NCBI GenBank assembly: GCA_040260805.1
Contig: JBDQPD010000063.1
Coordinates: 1-19,951, forward strand
Reading direction: 5' to 3'
Source of the DNA: Myxococcota bacterium
Lineage (GTDB): Bacteria > Myxococcota > UBA4151
DNA length: 19,951 nucleotides
The notes under the pieces are model-generated. The model worked only from the letters and a program-made list of their open reading frames with translations, was not told where the DNA came from and did not search any database. A program made the translations under genes and the position numbers. Below, piece by piece: positions 7,447-15,158 of this stretch (position 1 is the stretch's first letter; each line of letters begins with the position of its first letter).

Positions 7447-10400
7447 TTAGCGCTTGCTCTGGATCGCCTTCAAACGTCGCTCGAGGTACGCGACATACAC
7501 AGCATATTCGGCGTTAAGTTCAACCAAAGCGGGTACGATTTGGTCGTGAATATCTCGCTGCGGACTCATGACCCGCTCGATCCGCTGCATCACCTGATGG
7601 ACATAGGTCATGCTCTTAGCTTGATCTCCGCTCGCAAGCGCTGCGCTGGCTTCGAACAGCTCGACACCCGCAGAGGCTAAGGCAACGAACTCTTCATCGG
7701 CGTCATCACAATTCCGAGCATGTTGCAGCATCGCAGCAGGATCGAAATCACTCGAAGACTGCTCGCTGATCAGCGTGCGCAAACATCCAATTGCACTAAA
7801 ATTCATCAACTCAGGGTCAGAAGTCAGCGCCGCATCAGCATCAGCGATCCGATCCTGAGCGATGGCAAACAAAGCGCGCGTGCTGATCGACTGAACCAAT
7901 AAGAAAGGATTGCCCATTCCACGAGCCACGCGCTCGCTCTCATCCAACAGGGCGTCGACCTCTTCAAAGCGAGCGCTGCAAATGCATTCGCTCGCAATAT
8001 TAGCGAGAGCTAATGCTTGCTCAATACGGTCATCAAACGCCTTCGCTCGGCTCGCAACATCTCGCCATAATCGCTCGGCATCCTCGCTTGAGCCGACCAT
8101 ACTCAACATCAGCGCTCGGTTGCTAGCATAGCGAATCCAAGACCTCTGTAAGCTCTCGGCCTCGGCTATCTGACACGCCTTTTCATAATAACTTGCTGCC
8201 TCTTTATAGCGTTTTGCGCGGACATGACCGACCCCATGAAAGAAATGCCAAACCATGTTTTGACTCGGGCTCATCTTGTCACGGTACTGCTCAAGAAAGG
8301 CTGCCCAGTCCTCAAGGCGGTCATCTTTTTTGAATTGGTTGTAATGCGCAAAAATATCGACCCAAAAGAGCCGCAAACGCTCTTGTGTGGAGCGCTGAGC
8401 ATCAGGCAGGGCGCGCAATCGAGTGATGGCATCTTCGAGCTGTTCAGTCGTAATCTCACGACGAAGTTCAATGCATTCGATCTGACGGTACATGGCCTCG
8501 AGCCATGCTTCGTCGTCTTCAAGTGCATCAGCCCAGGGGCGCACGCGCTCCAAAGCTGTTCGTAGACGCGGCGTCGAACGCTGGACCAAAACCGCGAGCG
8601 ACAAAACTAAGGCGCGTAAACCGCGGCGGTCCTCGTAACGATCAGCGACCGCCCTGAGGTTGCCGACCTCCGCAGCGAGGAGGTCAAACTGTCGTATTTC
8701 TTCTCTATTTTCACGATGAGTACGCAACCCTGAGCAATACTCTAAAATCCAACCCGCGTGCCGATCTTGGGCGGGCTTAACGCCGGCAGCGAGCTGCTGC
8801 TGCGCGAAGATCCGCACCGTCTCATACATGCTAAACCGCAGCTCATCGGGCTGGGAGGGCAAGGGCTCGCTGCGCAGTAAGGACCGGTCCTTGAGGTTAA
8901 GGATCACATCCATGACAAAAGGTGGGTTCTCCATCCCTGCCAAGTTCACCACAGCCTCAGCCCCTTCAAGGGTAAAGCTGCCCGCAAAGACCGAGCATTG
9001 AGCCAAGGTCGCTTTTTCGGCATCGCCCAACAGATTCCAAGACCACTCAACCGCGGCACGCAAGGTCTGCTGTCGATCGTGAGCTTCAGAGTTCCGGCTG
9101 CGAAGCACGTTAAACCGATGCTCGAGACGATCTAAGATTTTACGCGGCGAGAGCACTGCGACGCGCGCAGCCGCTAGCTCGATCGCCAAGGGGATCCCGT
9201 CCAGGCGTTCAACGATCTCATGAACGACCAAGCGGTCCGATTCAGCCAATTCGAAATAACGCTGAGCCTGCGCAGCGGCGGCGACAAAAAGCTTTAACCC
9301 TTGCTCTGAGCCCATCGGCTTCAGATCCATGACGGTTTCCACCTGAAGACCTAATCGGCGCTGTGACGTGACCACAAAGCAAACCTGCGGCGCTAAGCGC
9401 GCCCAGACGCTCAAGACGCTCCCAGCCTCCTCGACCAGATGCTCCATGCCATCAAGCACAACGACGGCTCGACCTAGGCTCGAGATCACTCGGCCTATTC
9501 GCGTGATCGCTTCGGACTGACTTTGTGCACCCGCCAATGGGGTATTGAGCGCTCGACTGGTCACACCAAGCATCGCGTCTAGATCATGGGATGCGCTCAG
9601 ATCGACAAAGAAAACTCCTCCCGGCCGACCACTAACTTGCCGCTCTAGCACCTCAGCCACCAGCCGGCTTTTGCCCATGCCGCCGGGTCCTAAAACGGTA
9701 ACCAACGACTCATCACCTTCGATCCATTCCGCGAGGTTAACCATCTCATCGACTCGTCCCACGAAGCGCGACGCGTAGGTTGGGTGGTGACGTAGCGGGC
9801 GAGCCGAAGCCCAACTGGTCTCGACCGATATCTCCTCCGTCCAGGCGTCCACAGGGCGAGTCGGCTTGCTCCAGGCAAGTTCAATATCTTGTTCTTCCAA
9901 AGGCGCTGCTGGCTGCAAGGCAGGAACCGTTGCGTGTCCCGGCTCGGGCGCGGTTGCGGCGCTCAAGCGCTGGTCTTCAACGCCGACGGCTGCGAGTTCG
10001 CGCAGCCAGCGGTGCAGCTCTGTTGAGTGCGGCTTACCGCCGACATCATCTAAGATCCGCTCAAGCTCATAAGCGAAGGCACCGCAATCTGGGTAACGAT
10101 CATTCGGCTGACGACTGAGCCCGCGCTTCACGATCGAGAGCAACCCCGGGGGCCAGTCGCCCTTTGGGTCCAAATCAGGGAGACGAGCCTGAACGATGGA
10201 GCGCATAATTTCGTACTCGGATTCGCCAGGAAAAACGCGCGCCCCCGTGAGGCACTCGGCCAGAACCGTCGCTAAGGAGAACTGATCACTTCGTCCATCG
10301 AGCGCGTGGGTCAAAACCTGCTCTGGGCTCAGGTAACGTAACTTTCCTTTGATTTGACCGGTCTGCGTGGGCTCTTCAGCGATCACCGACGACGCAACGC

Positions 10401-10908
10401 CAAAATCTAAGAGCTTGGTCCTGCCGTTTGGCGTGACCATGATGTTGTGTGGACTAATATCGCGATGGACGATCCGCAGCGGTTTGCTGTCCCAGCCCTC
10501 CGCGTTGTGCGCGTGCTCAAGCGCGTAACCGACATCGATCACCACCGAGAGCACCAGACGGACCGGCAAGGTTCGGTTCAGCGCTCGGGCACGTTTTTGC
10601 AGACTGCTCAGGTCCCAACCCTTGATGTACTCCATCACAATAAAGGGCGTACCTTCGTGCTCACCAAAATCTTCGACGCGAGCGATGTTCGGATGATCGA
10701 GCTGCGCGGCGAGTTTCGCTTCAAGCTCAAAGCCGGCTCGAAACTCAGCATCATCGACGCGGTGGGCTACAATACGCTTGATGACCGCTCGACGACGAAA
10801 GCCGCGGTGACCGACCTGCTCGGCAAGACAGATCTCGCCCATGCCGCCTTTGCCGAGCGTTTTAATTAGTTTGTAACGACCAGCAAACAGCGATGTGTCA
10901 GAACCCAT
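7447..10908 (-). CDS. Hanks-type Ser/Thr protein kinase fused to an NB-ARC/STAND-like ATPase and TPR-like helical repeats
   Basis: Kinase motifs LGKGGMGEI, VIKRI, HRDISPHNIM, KLLDFG, YLSPEQ and DGRSDQFSL. ATPase region FVGR, Walker A GPGGMGKS, VVLDGMEH, VTSQRRL, LDGIPLAIELAAAR, RQQTLRAAVEWSW and FAGSFTLE. Ala/Leu-rich helical C-terminus. Confidence 0.93.
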   Translation of the reverse strand: MGSDTSLFAGRYKLIKTLGKGGMGEICLAEQVGHRGFRRRAVIKRIVAHRVDDAEFRAGFELEAKLAAQLDHPNIARVEDFGEHEGTPFIVMEYIKGWDLSSLQKRARALNRTLPVRLVLSVVIDVGYALEHAHNAEGWDSKPLRIVHRDISPHNIMVTPNGRTKLLDFGVASSVIAEEPTQTGQIKGKLRYLSPEQVLTHALDGRSDQFSLATVLAECLTGARVFPGESEYEIMRSIVQARLPDLDPKGDWPPGLLSIVKRGLSRQPNDRYPDCGAFAYELERILDDVGGKPHSTELHRWLRELAAVGVEDQRLSAATAPEPGHATVPALQPAAPLEEQDIELAWSKPTRPVDAWTEEISVETSWASARPLRHHPTYASRFVGRVDEMVNLAEWIEGDESLVTVLGPGGMGKSRLVAEVLERQVSGRPGGVFFVDLSASHDLDAMLGVTSRALNTPLAGAQSQSEAITRIGRVISSLGRAVVVLDGMEHLVEEAGSVLSVWARLAPQVCFVVTSQRRLGLQVETVMDLKPMGSEQGLKLFVAAAAQAQRYFELAESDRLVVHEIVERLDGIPLAIELAAARVAVLSPRKILDRLEHRFNVLRSRNSEAHDRQQTLRAAVEWSWNLLGDAEKATLAQCSVFAGSFTLEGAEAVVNLAGMENPPFVMDVILNLKDRSLLRSEPLPSQPDELRFSMYETVRIFAQQQLAAGVKPAQDRHAGWILEYCSGLRTHRENREEIRQFDLLAAEVGNLRAVADRYEDRRGLRALVLSLAVLVQRSTPRLRTALERVRPWADALEDDEAWLEAMYRQIECIELRREITTEQLEDAITRLRALPDAQRSTQERLRLFWVDIFAHYNQFKKDDRLEDWAAFLEQYRDKMSPSQNMVWHFFHGVGHVRAKRYKEAASYYEKACQIAEAESLQRSWIRYASNRALMLSMVGSSEDAERLWRDVASRAKAFDDRIEQALALANIASECICSARFEEVDALLDESERVARGMGNPFLLVQSISTRALFAIAQDRIADADAALTSDPELMNFSAIGCLRTLISEQSSSDFDPAAMLQHARNCDDADEEFVALASAGVELFEASAALASGDQAKSMTYVHQVMQRIERVMSPQRDIHDQIVPALVELNAEYAVYVAYLERRLKAIQSKR

Positions 10909-11108
10909 ACTATGGATTTCTTCTGCGCGCTTACAAATTGCAAGGCTCGACGAGGTGAACTGAGCGCTCTAAGCGTCTGACAGTGCAGCGTGAAAATCTC
11001 AACATTGTGGGTTGCGTTGACCGCTTCAGTGGGTACCTAATCAAGGGTATCATATCGACGCTTACGACGGCGTAACCTACGCAGCGTGACGAGCGAAGGA
11101 AGCGGACC

Positions 11109-12140
11109 ATGAACTCAAAACGAACCGGGGTCTTGCTCACGCAGCTCGGCACACCCAAAGCAGCGACTCAAAGCGCTGTGCGCCCATTCTTACGGGAGTT
11201 TTTATCCGATCCGCGCGTCATCGACATCTCGGCCATCGCTCGAAAACTTTTGGTTAATCTGATTATCGTTCCCTTTCGCACTCCTAAATCAACCAAGATT
11301 TACGAAGAGCTTTGGGAAGTCGGCGACGGCGTATCACCCATCATGATGCATACCGAAGCCTTGGTTGATGCGCTCAACGCTCGGCTGAGCGATGAACAGA
11401 TCACCGTGCATATGGCCATGCGTTATCAAAACCCTTCGATGACCGACGTGCTCGAGGCCATGCGTCTTGAGAATTACGACAAGATTCTGATCCTGCCGAT
11501 GTTTCCTCACTATGCCTCATCGAGCAGCGGAACCGCGATCCAAAAGGCGATGGAGATCATCTCGAAGTGGTGGGTCATTCCAGAGATCGAGGTCGTGAAT
11601 CAGTTCTACGAAGAAGACTTTTATCTCGACACCCTGGTAGCGCAGGCTCACAAGCACGACATCTCAAGCTTTGATCACGTCGTCATGAGCTATCACGGGC
11701 TCCCCGATCGACACGTCGATAAGGTCTACGAAGGCTCTGAGAACCTGTGCAAAGATCATCACTGTGATGAGCTGATCGATCGCGACAACAAGTACTGCTA
11801 CAAGGCGACGTCCTACGCAACGTCACGGCTCTTAGCTCAAAAGATGGGCTTAAAAGACGCTGACTACACCGTCGCTTTCCAGTCGCGGCTCGATGATCAA
11901 TGGCTCACACCCTTCAGCGATGAGGTCATCGAACAGTTCGCCAAAGAGGGCAAAAAGAGGCTGCTGGTGTTCTCACCCGCCTTTGTTGCGGATTGCCTCG
12001 AGACGCTGATCGAGATCGGCTCGGAATACCAAGAGATCTTCGAAGAGCATGGCGGCGAAAAAATTCAACTCGTCGAGAGCTGCAACGCCGAGCCACAGTT
12101 TGTCGAAGGCTTGGCGGAATTTATCCAAGCGCGAAGCTAA
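11109..12140 (+). CDS. hemH: Protoporphyrin ferrochelatase
   Basis: GVLLTQLGTP, FLREFLSDPRVID, MAMRYQNPS, LPMFPHYASSS, MSYHGLP, FQSRL..WLTP and PAFVADCLETLIEI are all HemH signatures. Confidence 0.97.
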   Translation: MNSKRTGVLLTQLGTPKAATQSAVRPFLREFLSDPRVIDISAIARKLLVNLIIVPFRTPKSTKIYEELWEVGDGVSPIMMHTEALVDALNARLSDEQITVHMAMRYQNPSMTDVLEAMRLENYDKILILPMFPHYASSSSGTAIQKAMEIISKWWVIPEIEVVNQFYEEDFYLDTLVAQAHKHDISSFDHVVMSYHGLPDRHVDKVYEGSENLCKDHHCDELIDRDNKYCYKATSYATSRLLAQKMGLKDADYTVAFQSRLDDQWLTPFSDEVIEQFAKEGKKRLLVFSPAFVADCLETLIEIGSEYQEIFEEHGGEKIQLVESCNAEPQFVEGLAEFIQARS

Positions 12141-13390
12141 TCGCTCCCGAGCAGCCCGACTCGATGCAGCGCACGCTCTAGCTGCGACCAACGCTGTTCT
12201 GCGCTCCCCGTAAAGCCGATCGACATCCTGAGCAGCCCAGGCGAAATACCCGCCGCTTCCAGAGCATCGTCGGTGAGCTCGCTCGACGTCGAGCTCGCCG
12301 AGCACGACATCAGCGTGTCAAAATAGCCCAGGCTAACCGCCATAAACCCAAAACCTTCGGTATTTTGCAGATCATCCATCAGGGCTTCGGCCCGCTGACG
12401 ACTCCCTGCGTTAATCGTGAGCAAGCCTCCGCATCCGTATTCAGACCGACCGATGCGCTTGAACAGCTCATAGTCAGGGTGGCTAGAGAGCCCAGGATAA
12501 GTCACCTCCACGCCCGCTGCATCAAGGCGCTCGGCAAACAACTGCGCGCGGCGAGCGTGCTCGATCATTCGGATCGGCAAATGCGGCACGCGCAGACTGA
12601 TCGCGTGGGCGACTTGAGGATCCATCGTCGGACCCAAGATCATTAGAGGACCCACATGAAGATCCATTAATGAGCCGACAAAATCCGTGGTTCCACAAAC
12701 AGCTCCGGCGATAAAATCGCTCGCGCCGTTCACAAACTTGGTGAGGGAATGAACCACCACATCAGCGCCATGATCCAAGGGGGTCATCGCCAGCGGGGTG
12801 AAGGTATTGTCGACCATCAATTGAGCGCCGTGGGCATGAGCGATCTGCGCGAGTTGAGGGATATTGGTCACGCGCAAGGTGGGGTTCGAGAGCGACTCAC
12901 AGTAAACTACCTTGGTGCGTTCGGTGCAGGCAGCAGCGACCGCAACCGGGTCGTTAACGTCGACAAAGGTCGTCGTGATCCCACACTTCTGAGGAAAGAA
13001 CTCAGCCAACATCGCCCAGGTTCCGCCATAGAGTGTATCCGACGCAACCACGTGGTCACCCTGATTGAGTAAACCGAGCAAAGCGCTCGAGATGGCACCC
13101 AAACCGCTACCCGTGCAGTAGCCCGCTTGGGCGCCCTCCATCGCGGCGAGCTGTCGCCCAAGGACATAAACCGTCGGGTTAAAGTGGCGACCATAAAGAT
13201 AGCAGCCGCCCTCGTCCGGGCCGAGCTGCCCTTGGAAGATCTCTGGCATCGTCCCAGCTTCCATCACCGTAAAGGTCGTGGATGCCTCAATGGACATGTT
13301 AACCCCACCATGCTCGCCAAACTCATGGCGCAGCGTAGCGAGACGTTCAACGGGATCGGTCGGGGGTTGAGCGGTCTTGTGATCGGACAT
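12137..13390 (-). CDS. mgl: Methionine gamma-lyase, plant-type (Cys/Met metabolism PLP-dependent enzyme)
   Basis: RHEFGEHGGVNMSIEASTTFTVM, YGRHFNPTV, TLYGGT, VDNTF, the PLP-lysine motif HSLTKF, LGPTM and AVSLGYFDTLMSCS closely follow the plant MGL subfamily as I recall it. AAGGAG SD upstream of ATG 13390. Confidence 0.88.
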   Translation of the reverse strand: MSDHKTAQPPTDPVERLATLRHEFGEHGGVNMSIEASTTFTVMEAGTMPEIFQGQLGPDEGGCYLYGRHFNPTVYVLGRQLAAMEGAQAGYCTGSGLGAISSALLGLLNQGDHVVASDTLYGGTWAMLAEFFPQKCGITTTFVDVNDPVAVAAACTERTKVVYCESLSNPTLRVTNIPQLAQIAHAHGAQLMVDNTFTPLAMTPLDHGADVVVHSLTKFVNGASDFIAGAVCGTTDFVGSLMDLHVGPLMILGPTMDPQVAHAISLRVPHLPIRMIEHARRAQLFAERLDAAGVEVTYPGLSSHPDYELFKRIGRSEYGCGGLLTINAGSRQRAEALMDDLQNTEGFGFMAVSLGYFDTLMSCSASSTSSELTDDALEAAGISPGLLRMSIGFTGSAEQRWSQLERALHRVGLLGSD

Positions 13391-13477
13391 GGTAACGCTC
13401 CTTATGAGCGCCCCTTGAACACAAATCGAAGGCTTGTCGAGCCGGCTTTAGCTGCTGCCTTCAAACCGAGCGCTAAA

Positions 13478-14959
13478 TCAGCGCGGCGGTGGCGATTCGA
13501 GACGTTCTTTGAGCGTCTTCTCGATCAGCGCTATTCGATCCTCAACAGGCGCCGCAGGCAAGCGAATCAACGCGTAGCCAAACTCCTCATAACGAACTGC
13601 AATTTGGCGACTAATCTCAAGCGCTACGGCGCGAGACTCCTGACGAATCGCCGTCGATTCATAATCCCGAAGAGGCTCACAAAAGAAGACCGCCTGATAG
13701 CGCTGCCGGCGTAGCCACGCGTCCGTGTTGGGGCCAAACTCAAGCCCCGCTCGCTCACCAAAAATTAAGTTCTCAATAAAGGAGGTGTCGCAAAATATCG
13801 TCTCCGCTGAAGCCATCGCACTGAAGACCTCGAGGTCCGCCTCAAGAATTCGTCGTTGCCATGCGACCGGATCACTTCGCATCGACTCAACTGCGTGATC
13901 CGGAGCGTCGTTTAGCAAGACGCTCGCTGTCTCTAGACAGGTCGAATATCCAGAAGCCGCTAGGGCTTCGAGTAAAGTCGTCTTTCCCGAGCAAGGGCCC
14001 CCTGCGAGCACATGGACTCCACTCTTTACCGGCTCAGCGAGCGCTAAATGATCGCCAACATCAAAGGCTAGCGCAGGGGTTTTACCGGGTCGAAAAACGT
14101 TTTTACCCTCAAAGGCTTTGGTGCCGTTTTGGTAGCTAAAATACTTGCGGCATTCGCAGGTCAAATACTCCACATCAATGGGCTGCAGGGCGCGTTTTGC
14201 ATTGGGCCAATACTCCGGCTGGAGCGCGATCATCCGCTCCGCCACCTTCTGATGGCTCGGCAGACCCAAATGATCAGCGAGGCGCTCCATATAGGGTTCA
14301 GCACCCATGCCGGTTGGAACCGGACTCGCAGGGTCGATCACCTCGGGGCGAAACCAAGCGATGTCCATAACCGCCATAAAGATCGGAAAGTCATTGTCCA
14401 TACCGAACATGGAGTTCACGGCTTGAGTAGCCTTGGTCACCTGGCGATCCGCTGCGCAGATCACCTCAACAAGCTGATTTTTTAACTCATCGAACCCGCG
14501 CGTCGCCGCGTCAAAGCGGCTCAGCGTCTGCCCCCCGACCTGGATCGAACCCACAGGGTAGGCGGTCACATTACACCAAGGCTGAACGGGTAAAGTGAGC
14601 AGTCGCTCACGTAAGACTTCGGGCTGCTCAAGCAGCTCAACCGACAAGGCGTTCAAGGTCTCGGAGCGGTTGCACCAACGCGCAAAGAAAACCGCCTGGA
14701 CTAAACGGGGTAGATCATCGGCGACTGGGGCAACGAACTGCATCAATGCGCGCGTGCTGCGGTCGTCCTCACGAAAGACATTCAGGAAGCGCCCGCGCTG
14801 TAAAATAGGATCCAAAGACCACGGCGCAGGATCCCCGCGTTCACGGCTCAATCGAACCGCCTCTCGCGCTTGGCAAAATTCAAAGAACGCAGCGACGGGG
14901 TCCTCGATAAGCAGACCATCTAGTGCCGTTGCGTAAGGATTCACTGTACTAGACTCCAC
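13478..14959 (-). CDS. Fusion protein: N-terminal 5-hmdU DNA kinase-like helical domain (aGPT-Pplase1 family) plus C-terminal AAA_28/NadR-like P-loop NTPase
   Basis: N-terminal FFEFCQAREAVRLSRERGDPAPWSLDPILQRGRFLNVFREDDRST and later DVEYLTCECRKY match the family pattern (F...ER..i...r..g.p.PWt.DpIL..yrF.Nv.Re.Dr.t ... d.e..lCE.dKY). C-terminal VLAGGPCSGKTTLLEAL...IFCDTSFIE...YQAVFFCEPL..YE...RQES....I...YEEFGY.LI.LP...VEDR matches AAA_28. Confidence 0.8.
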   Translation of the reverse strand: MESSTVNPYATALDGLLIEDPVAAFFEFCQAREAVRLSRERGDPAPWSLDPILQRGRFLNVFREDDRSTRALMQFVAPVADDLPRLVQAVFFARWCNRSETLNALSVELLEQPEVLRERLLTLPVQPWCNVTAYPVGSIQVGGQTLSRFDAATRGFDELKNQLVEVICAADRQVTKATQAVNSMFGMDNDFPIFMAVMDIAWFRPEVIDPASPVPTGMGAEPYMERLADHLGLPSHQKVAERMIALQPEYWPNAKRALQPIDVEYLTCECRKYFSYQNGTKAFEGKNVFRPGKTPALAFDVGDHLALAEPVKSGVHVLAGGPCSGKTTLLEALAASGYSTCLETASVLLNDAPDHAVESMRSDPVAWQRRILEADLEVFSAMASAETIFCDTSFIENLIFGERAGLEFGPNTDAWLRRQRYQAVFFCEPLRDYESTAIRQESRAVALEISRQIAVRYEEFGYALIRLPAAPVEDRIALIEKTLKERLESPPPR

Positions 14960-15158
14960 GCGCTGTACGCCTAGCCTAGAGTTGCCACGAGTCCGGTGAT
15001 TGGCATAGTTCTGATCGCATCAGCGAAGGGTTTGTCCGTCGGCGATTTTGGCGGCTCAAGCGATTCTTGAACCATGGCAACGCAACCTCGGCACACCCGT
15101 ACATCATGACCGAGTTGCGAGAGCAGTCACCTTGAGCGGCTCAGGTTTAGGATCCCCC

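Noticed and set aside
13391..13477. SAH or SAM riboswitch upstream of the methionine lyase
   Set aside because: Short words reminiscent of the SAH motif (AGGAGCG, GGCTCG, GGCGCTC) are present but in the wrong order, and no SAM-class consensus was found.
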